64,000 nucleotides of DNA from Longimicrobiales bacterium (lineage in GTDB: Bacteria; Gemmatimonadota; Gemmatimonadetes; Longimicrobiales; Gaopeijiaceae), in the NCBI GenBank assembly GCA_965116905.1, contig OZ220732.1:2464001-2528000 (forward strand), in the 5' to 3' direction. Position 1 is the stretch's first letter. Each line of letters opens with the position of its first letter. Below are positions 19,469 to 30,197 of this stretch, piece after piece. The position numbers and the translations under genes are program-made. The notes below the pieces were generated by a model. That model worked only from the letters and a program-made list of their open reading frames with translations. It was not told the DNA's origin and did no database searches.

Positions 19469-22400
19469 TTGCCTAAACGGACAGACATCGACTCGATCCT
19501 GATCCTGGGGTCGGGTCCCATCGTGATCGGGCAGGCCTGCGAATTCGACTATTCCGGCACGCAGGCTGTGCGCGCGCTCAAGGAGGAGGGCTACCGGGTC
19601 GTCCTGGTCAACTCCAATCCGGCGACGATCATGACGGACCCGGACCTCGCCGACCGGACCTATATCGAGCCGCTGACGCCCGAGTGGGTCGAACGGGTGA
19701 TCGAACGCGAGAAGCCGGACGCGCTGCTGCCCACGATGGGGGGACAGACCGCCCTCAACATCGCGATGGACCTGCACCGGAAGGGCGTGCTGGCGGCGCA
19801 CGGTGTCGAGCTGATCGGGGCTGACGAGCGCTCGATCGTGATGGCCGAAGACCGGGAGGAGTTCACGGCCGCCATGAACAGGATAGGGCTGGCCGTGCCG
19901 CACGGCGGCTTCGCGCGCAGCATCGACGACGCGCTCCGGATCATCGAGGACACCGGCTATCCCGCGATCATCCGGCCGTCCTTCACCCTCGGGGGCACGG
20001 GCGGCGGTACCGCCTACAACCTCGGCGAGTTCGAGGCCCAGGTGCGCAGGGGGCTCGACGCGAGCCCCATCACCGAGGTGCTGATCGACCGCTCGGTGAT
20101 CGGGTGGAAGGAGTACGAGCTGGAGGTCGTGCGGGACGGCGTCGACAACGTGATCATCGTGTGCTCGATCGAGAACTTCGACGCGATGGGGGTGCACACG
20201 GGCGACTCGATCACGGTGGCGCCCGCGCAAACGCTCTCCGACGTGGAGTACCAGCGCATGCGCGACGCCGCGATCGCGATCATCCGGGAGATCGGCGTCG
20301 AGGCGGGCGGCTGCAACATCCAGTTCGCGGTGAACCCCGAGGACGGCGAGATGCTGGTGGTCGAGATGAACCCCCGCGTGTCGCGCTCCTCGGCGCTGGC
20401 GTCCAAGGCCACAGGTTTTCCCATCGCGCGCGTGGGCGCGAAGCTGGCGGTGGGGTATCATCTCTACGAGCTCCCCAACGACATCACGAAGACGACGCCG
20501 GCGTCCTTCGAGCCCGCGCTCGACTACGTGGTCGTGAAGTTCCCGCGCTTCGCGTTCGAGAAGTTCCCGGACGTGGACGACACGCTGGGCGTGCAGATGA
20601 AGGCCGTCGGCGAGACGATGGCGATCGGGCGCACGTTCCGCAGCGCGTGGCAGAAGGGGCTGAGGGGGATGGAGGTGGGGCGCGTCGGCTGGGTCACGGG
20701 CGGGACCCCGGGCGACGACGGACTCGATTCGGACGATCCGGAGGCACTGCTTGCCGCCGTCCGCAGACCCACCACGTTCCGGAAGTACCAGCTGAAGCGC
20801 GCACTCGAGGCCGGCATTTCGGTCGAGCGCCTGCACCGCGCGACCGGGATCGACCCGTGGTTCCTGGACCAGCTGACCGAGATCCTCGAGGTGGAACGCT
20901 GGTTCGCGGCCCTGCCGTCCCTCGATGCGGCCTCGCTCCGGCGCATGAAGCGCGAGGGGTTCGCGGACGCGCAGCTGGCGGCGCTGCGTGGGGTGGACGA
21001 GGCCGCCATACGCTCGCAGCGCTGGGAGTGGGGGATCCGTCCCACGTACAACGTCGTCGACACCTGCGCGGGAGAGTTCCCCGCGGCGACGCCCTACTAC
21101 TACTCCTCCTATGAATCCGAGGATGAATCCGACCCCACCGATGCGCGCAAGATCGTCATCCTGGGCAGCGGGCCGAACCGGATCGGGCAGGGGATCGAGT
21201 TCGACTACTGCTGCGTGCAGGCGGTGCTGGCGCTCAAGGAAGCCGGCTTCGAGACGATCATGGTGAACTCCAACCCGGAGACCGTGTCGACCGACTTCGA
21301 CGTGAGCGACAAGCTCTACTTCGAGCCGCTGACGCTGGAGGACGTGGTCGAGATCGTGGAGCGGGAACGGCCCGTGGGAGTGATCGTGCAGCTCGGCGGC
21401 CAGACGCCGCTGAATCTGGCGCGTCCGCTGGAGGAGCTGGGGGTGCCCATCCTGGGGACTTCGGTCGACGCGATCGACCGCGCCGAGGACCGCCGGCGAT
21501 TCGAGGAGGTGTGCCGGCGGATCGAGGCCCGCGTGCCCGCCAACGGCACCGCGATGAGCGTAGACGAGGCCCTTGCGATCGCGCGGGAGATCGGTTTTCC
21601 CGTGCTGGTGCGGCCGTCGTACGTGCTGGGCGGGCGCGCGATGGAGATCGTGTACGACGAAGCGTCGCTCAAGGACTACTTCGCGCGGGCCGTCAAGGCG
21701 TCGCCGGACCACCCGGTGCTCATCGACCGCTTCCTCGAGGACGCCTTCGAGGCCGACGTGGACGCACTCTCCGACGGGACCGACGTCGTGATCGGCGGGA
21801 TCATGCAGCACATCGAGGACGCGGGGGTCCACTCCGGCGACTCGGCATGCGTGCTGCCGCCCTACCTCCTCGGGCGCGCCGAGCTGGACGAGATGCGGCG
21901 CCTGACGAGGCGTTTTGCGCTGGAGCTGGGCGTGGTGGGGCTCCTCAACGTCCAGTACGCGGTCAGGGACGGGCAGGTGTATGTGCTGGAGGTCAACCCG
22001 CGGGCGTCGCGTACCGTTCCGTTCGTGGGCAAGGCCACCGGCGTGCCGCTGGCGCGGCTGGCCGCCCGCCTGATGGCCGGCGAGAGGCTTGCGGATCTGA
22101 ACGTGCCTTCGGAGCCGGAGGTGAACGGAGTCGCCGTCAAGGAGGCGGTGTTCCCGTTCAACCGTTTCGACGTGGACACGCTCCTCGGACCCGAAATGCG
22201 CTCGACGGGCGAGGCCATGGGCGTGGACGACTCCTTCGGGATGGCCTTCGCCAAGGCGCAGGTGTCGGCGGGGAACCGTCTGCCCGAGGGGGTCGACGAA
22301 CTCTCGGTCATCGTGACCGTGAACGATGGCGACAAGCCCACGGTCACGCCGCTTGTGCGCCGCCTGGCCGACCTGGGCTTCGCGGTCTACGCGACGAGCG

Positions 22401-22726
22401 GAACGCGCAACCATCTCAATCAGCTCGGCATCCCGTGCGAGCGCATCTACAAGGTCGGCGAGGGCCGGCCCCACATCGTGGACCGCATCGTGAGCGGACG
22501 GGTGGCCCTGCTGATCAACACGCCGCTGGGCAAGAAGTCCCAGTACGACGACTATGCCATGCGGCGCGCGGCGATCGCGTACGGCGTGCCGTATCTGACA
22601 ACCATGTCGGCGACGAGCGCGGCGGTCGACGCGGTGACCGCGCAGCGCACCCGGCGGCCCGAGATCCTGAGCATCCAGGAGCGCATTGCGGGCAAGGCGG
22701 CCCTTGCGGGCGCCTCGGCGACATAG
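19469..22726 (+). CDS. carB: Carbamoyl-phosphate synthase large subunit
   Basis: [30 protein letters not shown], duplicated ATP-grasp domains, C-terminal MGS domain. Confidence 0.98.
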   Translation: MPKRTDIDSILILGSGPIVIGQACEFDYSGTQAVRALKEEGYRVVLVNSNPATIMTDPDLADRTYIEPLTPEWVERVIEREKPDALLPTMGGQTALNIAMDLHRKGVLAAHGVELIGADERSIVMAEDREEFTAAMNRIGLAVPHGGFARSIDDALRIIEDTGYPAIIRPSFTLGGTGGGTAYNLGEFEAQVRRGLDASPITEVLIDRSVIGWKEYELEVVRDGVDNVIIVCSIENFDAMGVHTGDSITVAPAQTLSDVEYQRMRDAAIAIIREIGVEAGGCNIQFAVNPEDGEMLVVEMNPRVSRSSALASKATGFPIARVGAKLAVGYHLYELPNDITKTTPASFEPALDYVVVKFPRFAFEKFPDVDDTLGVQMKAVGETMAIGRTFRSAWQKGLRGMEVGRVGWVTGGTPGDDGLDSDDPEALLAAVRRPTTFRKYQLKRALEAGISVERLHRATGIDPWFLDQLTEILEVERWFAALPSLDAASLRRMKREGFADAQLAALRGVDEAAIRSQRWEWGIRPTYNVVDTCAGEFPAATPYYYSSYESEDESDPTDARKIVILGSGPNRIGQGIEFDYCCVQAVLALKEAGFETIMVNSNPETVSTDFDVSDKLYFEPLTLEDVVEIVERERPVGVIVQLGGQTPLNLARPLEELGVPILGTSVDAIDRAEDRRRFEEVCRRIEARVPANGTAMSVDEALAIAREIGFPVLVRPSYVLGGRAMEIVYDEASLKDYFARAVKASPDHPVLIDRFLEDAFEADVDALSDGTDVVIGGIMQHIEDAGVHSGDSACVLPPYLLGRAELDEMRRLTRRFALELGVVGLLNVQYAVRDGQVYVLEVNPRASRTVPFVGKATGVPLARLAARLMAGERLADLNVPSEPEVNGVAVKEAVFPFNRFDVDTLLGPEMRSTGEAMGVDDSFGMAFAKAQVSAGNRLPEGVDELSVIVTVNDGDKPTVTPLVRRLADLGFAVYATSGTRNHLNQLGIPCERIYKVGEGRPHIVDRIVSGRVALLINTPLGKKSQYDDYAMRRAAIAYGVPYLTTMSATSAAVDAVTAQRTRRPEILSIQERIAGKAALAGASAT

Positions 22727-22730
22727 CGCA

Positions 22731-23744
22731 GTGTCGACGGCCTTCCTCATGCATGCCGCGGCCGTGCTGCACGACACCGGATGGGGGCACCCGGAACACC
22801 AGGGACGCCTGCGCGCGGTGGCGTCCGCCGTGAAGAACGACCTGGTCGCGCTGCACGGGCGCGTCGAGCAGGTCGCGCCGGATGCGGCCCGTGAAGAGGA
22901 CCTGAGGCTCGTGCACAGCGACGCGCTGATCGACCAGGTGAGCGGTGCGGTGCGGACGGCGCGGGAACGCGGGCGCGTGGGTTCGCTCGACCCGGACACC
23001 CGGCTTTCGGGTGCTTCCTGGGAGGCGGCCCTGGGCACCGTTGGCGCGGGTCTCGAAGCTGCGAGCGGCGTCGCCGAGGGGCGCTTCCGAAACGCGTTTG
23101 TGGCGGCGCGGCCCCCGGGACACCACGCCACGCCGGAGCGCGCGATGGGGTTCTGCCTGTTCAACAACATTGCAATCGCGGCGGCGGCACTGCGGGCGCG
23201 GGGGCTCGCACGCCGGGTGCTGATCGTGGACTGGGACGTGCACCATGGAAACGGCACGCAGGACGCCTTCTACGATGATCCCAACGTTTTCTTCCTGTCC
23301 CTGCACCAGTATCCGCATTACCCGGGTACGGGTGCGGCGGACGAGACCGGCAGCGGCGCCGGGGAGGGCTTCACGCTGAACGTGCCCCTGGCGCTGGCCA
23401 CGCCGCGGCGGGACTACCACGAGGTCTTCCGGCTGGCTCTTGAGACGGCGGTGGACCGAAGCACACCGGACTTCATCCTGGTTTCGTCCGGTTTCGACGT
23501 GCTCGCGGGCGACCCGCTGGGGGGCCAGCTTCTCGAACCCGGGGACCTCCACGGGATGACGAGGCAGGTCATGGATGCCGCGGACCGCTGTTGCGGCGGC
23601 CGTGTCGTGGTATTCTTGGAGGGTGGATACGACCCGGAGCGCACGGGGGAGGGGTGTGTGGCGGTGCTCCGTGCCCTCGCCGGGGTCGGGATGGACGGGG
23701 CTGCGATGGACGGGGTCGCGATGGACGGAGGCAGTGACGCATGA
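22731..23744 (+). CDS. Histone deacetylase-family protein
   Basis: HPEHQGRL, RPPGHHA, GFCLFNN, DWDVHHGNGTQ, LEGGY. Confidence 0.93.
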   Translation: MSTAFLMHAAAVLHDTGWGHPEHQGRLRAVASAVKNDLVALHGRVEQVAPDAAREEDLRLVHSDALIDQVSGAVRTARERGRVGSLDPDTRLSGASWEAALGTVGAGLEAASGVAEGRFRNAFVAARPPGHHATPERAMGFCLFNNIAIAAAALRARGLARRVLIVDWDVHHGNGTQDAFYDDPNVFFLSLHQYPHYPGTGAADETGSGAGEGFTLNVPLALATPRRDYHEVFRLALETAVDRSTPDFILVSSGFDVLAGDPLGGQLLEPGDLHGMTRQVMDAADRCCGGRVVVFLEGGYDPERTGEGCVAVLRALAGVGMDGAAMDGVAMDGGSDA

Positions 23745-24304
23745 ACGCGCGCTCGGAAAGGGAAGTTCGGCGGATGGGGGCCGGGCACAGGGTTGCCGGG
23801 CACAGGGTCGCCCTCGTGGCGGCGTGGCTGGCGGCGGCTCTCCCCGTCGCGGCGGCTTTGCTCGGCCCCTCCGCTGCCTTCGCCCAGGAAAGCGAGGCCC
23901 ACCAGTACCACCCGGCCGCCGAGGAGGCGATCTCGAAGATCCGCTCGCCCTTCTGTCCCGGACAGACCCTGGAGATCTGCCCATCGTGGCAGGCCGAGGT
24001 CCTGCGCGACAGCATCGACGAGTGGGCGTCGAGCGGCCTGACCGCCGACAGCCTCATCGAACTTGTGGTCGCTACTCACGGCGAGGAGTACCGCGGCTTC
24101 CCCCAGCGGAGCGGCACCGGACTTCTGGCGTGGGTCATGCCTCCGGCCGCGCTGGTCCTGGGGTTGGGGCTGGTCGTGCTGGCGTTGCGCCGTCTGAGGG
24201 GTCCCGCGAGGCCGGCGGTCGAGCAGAGCGGCCTTACGGAGCAGGAGAGGGAGCAGCTCGACACCGCCCTCGCCGAACTTGAAGCCATGGAGGATGCTGA
24301 ATGA
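23741..24304 (+). CDS. CcmH/CycL-like cytochrome c biogenesis protein (atypical Cys motif)
   Basis: Signal peptide, IRSPFCPGQTLEICPS, 'HGEEYRGFP...LLAWVMP' plus TM helix, as in the CcmH N-terminal domain. Confidence 0.7.
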   Translation: MNARSEREVRRMGAGHRVAGHRVALVAAWLAAALPVAAALLGPSAAFAQESEAHQYHPAAEEAISKIRSPFCPGQTLEICPSWQAEVLRDSIDEWASSGLTADSLIELVVATHGEEYRGFPQRSGTGLLAWVMPPAALVLGLGLVVLALRRLRGPARPAVEQSGLTEQEREQLDTALAELEAMEDAE

Positions 24305-25518
24305 GCAGGGCCCCAACGGACGTCTCCGGCGCGCGGCTGGCGTCTGCCGCGGGTGTTGCCGAGGTCCAGGACGCGCTCAGGGAGCGCGGCTTCGACGCCT
24401 GGCTGATCTACGACTTCAAGGACCGCAACCCGATCGGGCGCTCCCTGCTCGGCCTGGAGTGGACCACCCGTCGCGGCTTCGCCCTCATCCCGGCGGAGGG
24501 ATCGCCGCGCCTCCTGATCCACGCGATCGAGCACTCCTCATGGCGCCACCTCGACTGGCCCAGGCGAAGCTATGCGAGCCGCCAGGGCATGGAGAGCGAG
24601 CTGCGCGAACTGCTCAGCGGGCATTCCCGGGTGGCCACCGAGACGTCGCCGCGCAGCAACGTCCCGTACCTCGACCTGCTCCCGGCCGGCATCCGCGACG
24701 TGATCCTGGACACGGGCGTCGAACTCCACAGTTCCGGCGACCTGGTTTCGACCTTCTACGCCGTGTGGACCCCGGAGCAGCGCGAGGAGCACGGCCGCGC
24801 GTCGGAGATCGTCAAGACGGTGGCGCGGGACGCGTTCGCGCGCGCGGCCAGCCATGTGGTGCAGGGCCGACGCATCACGGAGGGCGCGCTCGCCACCTGG
24901 ATCCGGCACGAGCTGAGGCGGCGGGGCCTGCCCGACCAGACCGACTGCATCGTCGCGATCGGTCCCAGAGCCGCCGATCCCCACTACGATCCGGGCGAGG
25001 TGGGCGAGAACATCAGCGCCGGCGACCTCCTGCTCATCGACCTGTGGGGCGCATTCCACGAGGGCTCCGTGCCCGCCGACCAGACCTGGATGGGGTTCCT
25101 CGGCGCCGAACTGCCGCCGCGCATCGGTGAGCTGTGGACCGCGGTCAAGGCCGCGCGCGACGGCGTCGTACGCTCGTTGCGGGAACGCCACGCGCGGGGC
25201 GAGACGATCCGCGGCTTCGAGGCCGACGACGTGGCCCGCAAGATCATCGGCGATGCGGGATACGGGGAGTACTTCATCCACCGCACCGGCCACTCGATCG
25301 ACCGCGACATCCACGGGCGTGGCCCCAATCTCGACAATCTCGAGACGCGAGACGACCGCGTGCTGGTGCCCGGTGTGGGGTTTTCGGTGGAGCCCGGCAT
25401 CTACATCGCCGGAGACGTGGGTCTGCGGACCGAGATCAACGTCCACATGGGTCCGAACGGCCCGGAGGTCACGGTCGAGAAGCCCCAGCAGGACATCTTC
25501 CTGCTCCTGGACGGCTGA
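24301..25518 (+). CDS. M24-family (Xaa-Pro) peptidase
   Basis: ADPHY, LLIDLW, DQTW, HRTGHSI, FSVEPGIY, RTEIN. Confidence 0.88.
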   Translation: MSRAPTDVSGARLASAAGVAEVQDALRERGFDAWLIYDFKDRNPIGRSLLGLEWTTRRGFALIPAEGSPRLLIHAIEHSSWRHLDWPRRSYASRQGMESELRELLSGHSRVATETSPRSNVPYLDLLPAGIRDVILDTGVELHSSGDLVSTFYAVWTPEQREEHGRASEIVKTVARDAFARAASHVVQGRRITEGALATWIRHELRRRGLPDQTDCIVAIGPRAADPHYDPGEVGENISAGDLLLIDLWGAFHEGSVPADQTWMGFLGAELPPRIGELWTAVKAARDGVVRSLRERHARGETIRGFEADDVARKIIGDAGYGEYFIHRTGHSIDRDIHGRGPNLDNLETRDDRVLVPGVGFSVEPGIYIAGDVGLRTEINVHMGPNGPEVTVEKPQQDIFLLLDG

Positions 25519-25545
25519 TCGCCGGCCCTGCCGGGGAGGGGCCGC

Positions 25546-27867
25546 GTGCCTGACGTCAGGCCGGCGGGACGGCGGTCGCTGGTAAAGGTCGCGCTGCCGG
25601 TCCCGGTGCGCCGGGCGTTCACGTATAGCGTCGAGGGCGAGGCGCCCCCGGTCGGGGTCCGCGTTGTGGTTCCGTTCAGTGGACGAACCATGGTCGGGTG
25701 GGTGCTGGGACCGGGGCACGAGGTGCCGCGCGTGCGGGCCGTGCGTTCGGTTCTCGACACCGACCCCGTGATTGGCGACGAGCTGCTGAAGCTGGCCCGC
25801 TGGATGGCCGACTACTACGTGGCGCCGTTGGGGATCGTCCTCAGGGCCATGCTGCCGGCCCGCATGGCAAGCGCGTCCGCAAGACGCCCGCGTCCCCGGA
25901 TGCGCGCAGTGGTCACCGTTGCCCGGCCGATCGGCACCCTCGATGAGCTCGAAAGCACCTTCGGCCGGGCGGTGCGCCAGAGGGAGGCGTACGAGCGGCT
26001 TCAGGAGGCCGGAGGAAGGAAGACGCTGGCCGCCCTGGGCGAGAGCGGCTTCAGTCGCAGCGTGATCAGGGGACTGGAGGCCAGGGGACTGGTGCGCGTG
26101 ACCCGGGAGCCGGTCCTTCGCGACCCGTTCGGCGACCAGCCGGCCGGGAACGCGAAGACGCTGGTCCCGACTGCGGGGCAGCGCGGCGTGCTGGAACCCA
26201 TGTGCGCCGCAATGGGCGAGGGCGGGGGCACGTTTCTTCTGCACGGGGTCACGAGCTCGGGGAAGACGCTGGTCTACATCGAGCTCATCCGCCGCGTTCT
26301 CGAGCGCGGTGGTGGCGCGGTCGTGCTCGTGCCCGAAATCGCGCTGACACCGCAGACCGTCTCACGCTTCCGGGGAGCGTTCGGCGATCTCGTCGCCGTG
26401 TTGCACTCCGGCCTCTCGGACGGGGAGCGCTACGACGCGTGGACCCAGCTCCGGTCGGGTGAGCGGCGCATCGCCATCGGGCCCAGGTCGGCGGTGTTCG
26501 CGCCGGTCGCGGACATCGGCGCGATCGTGGTCGACGAGGAGCACGACGGCAGCTACAAGCAGTCGGAATCTCCGCGCTATCATGCCCGCGACGTGGCGGT
26601 CGTACGCGCCGCGAAAAGCGGGGCCCTGTGCGTGCTGGGATCGGCCACGCCTTCGCTGGAGAGCTGGCAGAACGCGCGTTCGGGAAAGTACGCGCTGCTG
26701 GAGCTTCCGGATCGCGTGGGCGGAGGCGTTCTTCCCGACGTGCGCGTCGTGGACCTCAGGTCGCGGCCGGCCCCGGGAGCCGAGGGTCCGGTCGGCCCGC
26801 CGGAGCCCGGCGTCGGGGGACGGGGCGCTGTCCCGACGGCCCCCCCGGACTCGCGCGCACACCCCGCCGATCCTCCCCCGCGGACACTGTCCCCAGGGCT
26901 TGCGGATGCACTGCGCGAGCGGCTCGAACGGGGTGAGCAGACGATTCTCCTGCTCAACCGGCGCGGCTACGCCTCGTTCGCCCTCTGCGAGACCTGTGGA
27001 GCGGTCGGCGAGTGCTTTCAGTGCTCGGTCTCGATGACCCTCCATCGCGGCCGCGGCCTCATGATCTGCCACCACTGCGGCCACACCGAGGTCCCGGCGC
27101 GGAGCTGCGCCCATTGCGGCTCCAGGGATCTGTCGTTCGGCGGGCTCGGCACCGAACAGGTGGAACGGATCCTGCTGGAGTGCTTTCCCGGCGCACGCGT
27201 GGCGCGGATGGACGTGGACACGACACGGGGCAAGTGGTCCCACCGGGACATCCTGGACCGGGTTCGTGCCGGGAAGGTGGACATCCTGCTGGGCACGCAG
27301 ATGATCGCCAAGGGACTGGATTTTCCACGCGTGACGCTCGTGGGCGTGATCAACGCCGACATCGGGTTGCACCTGCCCGACTTCCGCAGCTGCGAGCGGA
27401 CGTTTCAGCTCCTCGCGCAGGTCGCCGGCCGGGCGGGCCGGGCACGTCTGCCCGGCGAGGTGATCGTGCAGACCTACGTGCCCGACCACTACGTCATCCG
27501 CGCCGCGGTCGCCCACGACTACCGGGGGTTTGCGGATCGCGAACTGGAGGCGCGCCGCGACCCCCCGTATCCGCCCCGCGTTCGAATGGGCAGGGTCCTG
27601 CTGAGCAGCCCGGTCCAGAAGGACGCGCTTGCGTCGGCGGAGCGCCTCGGGAGCTGGCTGCGCGGCCGCCGCGGACCGTGGCCGGATGTGCTGGGCCCGG
27701 CCCCGGCTCCGATCGAGAAGCTGCATGGGCGTTTCAGGTGGCACGTGCTGCTGCGGGGGAGCGTTTCCGACGTGGGACGGGCGTTTCGCCGTATCGCCGA
27801 CGATTTTCGCCCGGTGGGCAAGGACGTGAGGGTTTCGCTCGACCGCGACCCGCAACAACTGATGTGA
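25546..27867 (+). CDS. priA: Primosomal protein N' (replication restart helicase)
   Basis: LHGVTSSGKT, VPEIALTPQ, VDEEHD, LNRRGY, Zn-finger CxxC clusters, GTQMIAKGLDFP. Confidence 0.96.
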   Translation: MPDVRPAGRRSLVKVALPVPVRRAFTYSVEGEAPPVGVRVVVPFSGRTMVGWVLGPGHEVPRVRAVRSVLDTDPVIGDELLKLARWMADYYVAPLGIVLRAMLPARMASASARRPRPRMRAVVTVARPIGTLDELESTFGRAVRQREAYERLQEAGGRKTLAALGESGFSRSVIRGLEARGLVRVTREPVLRDPFGDQPAGNAKTLVPTAGQRGVLEPMCAAMGEGGGTFLLHGVTSSGKTLVYIELIRRVLERGGGAVVLVPEIALTPQTVSRFRGAFGDLVAVLHSGLSDGERYDAWTQLRSGERRIAIGPRSAVFAPVADIGAIVVDEEHDGSYKQSESPRYHARDVAVVRAAKSGALCVLGSATPSLESWQNARSGKYALLELPDRVGGGVLPDVRVVDLRSRPAPGAEGPVGPPEPGVGGRGAVPTAPPDSRAHPADPPPRTLSPGLADALRERLERGEQTILLLNRRGYASFALCETCGAVGECFQCSVSMTLHRGRGLMICHHCGHTEVPARSCAHCGSRDLSFGGLGTEQVERILLECFPGARVARMDVDTTRGKWSHRDILDRVRAGKVDILLGTQMIAKGLDFPRVTLVGVINADIGLHLPDFRSCERTFQLLAQVAGRAGRARLPGEVIVQTYVPDHYVIRAAVAHDYRGFADRELEARRDPPYPPRVRMGRVLLSSPVQKDALASAERLGSWLRGRRGPWPDVLGPAPAPIEKLHGRFRWHVLLRGSVSDVGRAFRRIADDFRPVGKDVRVSLDRDPQQLM

Positions 27868-27956
27868 CCCCGGCCGGGCGATGCGTTATCGTGTTGTGGC
27901 CGGGGCAGATGACTCCGGTGTCCGGCGGCATGCACGACCAAGCAGGAGGTTGCGGG

Positions 27957-28523
27957 GTGAGTTGCCTGGCTCTCAACGCATCGTATGAGCCATTGATGAT
28001 CGTCCCGGCCCGACGGGCGATCCGGCTGGTGCTCGACGAGAAGGCCGAAGTGCTCGAGGCGGATGCCCAACGGGCGTTTCGCTCCGTCCGGTCGCGGCAC
28101 CCCTTCCCGCTCGTGATTCGGCTGGTGCGCTACGTGCACGTGCCCAAGCGATTCCGCCGCCAGGTCACCAACACGTTCCTGTTCGCGCGCGACGAGTACA
28201 CCTGCCAGTACTGCCAGCGCCACAAACGGGAATTGCGCGTTCGCGAGTTCCTCACCCGCGACCATGTGCTTCCGGTCTCGCGGGGCGGGGGCAACTCCTG
28301 GGACAACGTCGTCACGTCGTGCTCCACCTGCAATCACCGCAAGGGCAACCGCTTGCCGCATGAAGTCGGGTTGACGCTTCCCCGGCGTCCCATCGAGCCC
28401 AACCATGTGCAGCTCGTGTGGGCCGTGCGGCGGGTGACGCCCATTCAGGCGAAGTACATCCGCATGTTCTTCGGTGACGACGCCGTGCCCTTCGTGCGGG
28501 ACTCCACGGCCCCGGGCCGCTGA
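27957..28523 (+). CDS. HNH endonuclease
   Basis: CLALNASYEPL, RDEYTCQYC, TRDHVLPVSRGG, WDNVVTSCSTCNHRKG; GGAGG upstream of the GTG. Confidence 0.9.
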   Translation: MSCLALNASYEPLMIVPARRAIRLVLDEKAEVLEADAQRAFRSVRSRHPFPLVIRLVRYVHVPKRFRRQVTNTFLFARDEYTCQYCQRHKRELRVREFLTRDHVLPVSRGGGNSWDNVVTSCSTCNHRKGNRLPHEVGLTLPRRPIEPNHVQLVWAVRRVTPIQAKYIRMFFGDDAVPFVRDSTAPGR

Positions 28524-28527
28524 CGCA

Positions 28528-29139
28528 ATGGATCGATCGGACGACACCAGGCGGGAGCCACCCGGTCAGCCGGCACCACCCGTGCAGCCGGCGCCACCCG
28601 CGCAGCGGGAGCCACCACCCGCGCAGCCGGCGGCGCCCGCCTCGGTGCGCGAAGTCATGAGTCAGCCGCGCAGATACCAGCCCGCGCGTGGTGTACGGCC
28701 GGGACCCCCCGGGCGGAAGCGTTCGGGCGGCTCCGGCAGGCCGTCTCCGGCGAACGCCCAGGCCCCGCTGCAGGCGGCGCGCGAGGCCGCCCAGGGCGTG
28801 CCCTCAGCGAGCTTGTCCCGGGAGATCGAGGTCGACCAGGAGCAGTGGACGGTGCGCGTGACGGGTACAGCCAGCGTAGGTACGGGGACCGACGCGGGGC
28901 CGCGGTTGCTGCACCTTGCCTTCCAGGCGCCTGGCGACCGGCCGAATCCGGAACGCACGGCATACGTATTGGCCAGAGGGATCGACGAGATACCCGAAGA
29001 GGAGCTGGCAAGTGTGGTTGCCGACGTGCAGCGAAGCCCTGACAGGAAGTCGGGGCCGGAAAAGGGACGGAGACACAATAGTTCGAGGACGCGTTCGGCT
29101 CGTCGCGGCCGGCCCGGCAGGAAGTCGAAGCGGCCGTGA
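28528..29139 (+). CDS. Hypothetical protein (Pro-rich N-terminus, basic C-terminus)
   Basis: Co-oriented ORF starting 5 bp after HNH; has a central globular-looking segment. Confidence 0.55.
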   Translation: MDRSDDTRREPPGQPAPPVQPAPPAQREPPPAQPAAPASVREVMSQPRRYQPARGVRPGPPGRKRSGGSGRPSPANAQAPLQAAREAAQGVPSASLSREIEVDQEQWTVRVTGTASVGTGTDAGPRLLHLAFQAPGDRPNPERTAYVLARGIDEIPEEELASVVADVQRSPDRKSGPEKGRRHNSSRTRSARRGRPGRKSKRP

Positions 29140-29244
29140 CGGCCCGGCCAGGCTAACAACTGCCCCGGCAGGGCTGTCCATCCATCGACCACCAGGCGGA
29201 ACTGCTTCAACGGGGAGGCCGATACAGGTGTCTAATCCCAAGGA

Positions 29245-29802
29245 ATGAGGGAACGGTCCGACGCGGAGTTGGTTATCCGGGCGCGCAGCGGACACGCTGA
29301 ATCGTTTGGGGAGTTGGTCCGGCGTTATCAGAGGCCGGCGTACTCCGTCGCGCTCAGCGTGATCGGCAGGCAACAGGACGCGGAGGACGCGGTTCAGGAG
29401 TCGTTCATGGTGGCGCTGCAACGGCTGGATGACTGTCGGAACCCGGATCGGTTCGCGGGCTGGTTTTTGACGATCGTCCGCAACCGCTCGCGCAACCTTA
29501 TCCGGCGGGAGAGTCTGCGCAGTGGAGATCCGATACCGGCCAGCGCGAGCATCAGGGGCCCGAGCCCCGAAAAGGCTGCAAGCCTGGCCGAACTGCGGGA
29601 AAACCTTCGGGAGGCGTTGAACAGATTGAGCGAAGTCCAGCGGGAGATCGTTCTGCTGCATGATCTGGAAGGCTGGAAGCACTCCGAGATCGCCGAACGG
29701 CTTGGAATGCCTTCCGGGACGGTGCGATCGCACCTGCACTTCGCGAGAAAGGCATTGCGGGTGGAATTGTCCGATTGGCGGGACTACCTAACTGCGAGTT
29801 GA
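29245..29802 (+). CDS. ECF sigma-70 factor
   Basis: DAEDAVQESF, FAGWFLTIVRN, LHDLEGWKHSEIA, GTVRSHLHFARKAL. Confidence 0.93.
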   Translation: MRERSDAELVIRARSGHAESFGELVRRYQRPAYSVALSVIGRQQDAEDAVQESFMVALQRLDDCRNPDRFAGWFLTIVRNRSRNLIRRESLRSGDPIPASASIRGPSPEKAASLAELRENLREALNRLSEVQREIVLLHDLEGWKHSEIAERLGMPSGTVRSHLHFARKALRVELSDWRDYLTAS

Positions 29803-29810
29803 GGGTCGCT

Positions 29811-30197
29811 ATGGAAAAGGAAAGACGTGTCACTCTGCTGCGGGCCCTGGACCCGGCGCACGAGCGCCCGGGCTACTGGGAGCGCTTCCGCGCGGAGATC
29901 ATGGAGAGGGCCGCGTTCGAGCTCGCCCGTCGCCGTGATCTGGCAAGGGAATCCGTTGAGCTCGTTCTTTCGGGGTGGTCGCGCAGCCTCATTCCCGTGG
30001 CGCTGGCCGCCGCGGTCATCGCCGCGATCATGGTAAGCGGCGAGGTGGCGCGCGACACCGGTCCGGATGCGGCGCTCGTTCTCGAGGACGTGCTGGCAAG
30101 CGAATTCAGCGATGAGGTGCTGGAGACCGCCATCACCGGTGAAGCACACGAGAGTGCGGTGGCCTTCATGGCCTTCGTGGAAGGGAACCGTCCGTGA
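29811..30197 (+). CDS. Putative anti-sigma membrane protein
   Basis: Immediately downstream of the ECF gene; one TM segment (LIPVALAAAVIAAIMV). Confidence 0.6.
   Translation: MEKERRVTLLRALDPAHERPGYWERFRAEIMERAAFELARRRDLARESVELVLSGWSRSLIPVALAAAVIAAIMVSGEVARDTGPDAALVLEDVLASEFSDEVLETAITGEAHESAVAFMAFVEGNRP

Noticed and set aside
19466..23257. 1263-aa antisense ORF over carB, and similar long shadow ORFs (7573-9627, 9739-11703, 39879-42974, 40754-43060, 42922-44823)
   Set aside because: These are expected in high-GC DNA opposite or frame-shifted to well-supported genes. They are Arg/Pro/Ala-rich and have no motifs.
27012..27956. Long N-terminal extensions on HNH, and likewise on macA (31963), the MTHFR-like gene (47322) and ORF 57245
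   Set aside because: These are ORF-caller extensions into upstream genes; better starts with an RBS or stop/start overlap exist downstream.
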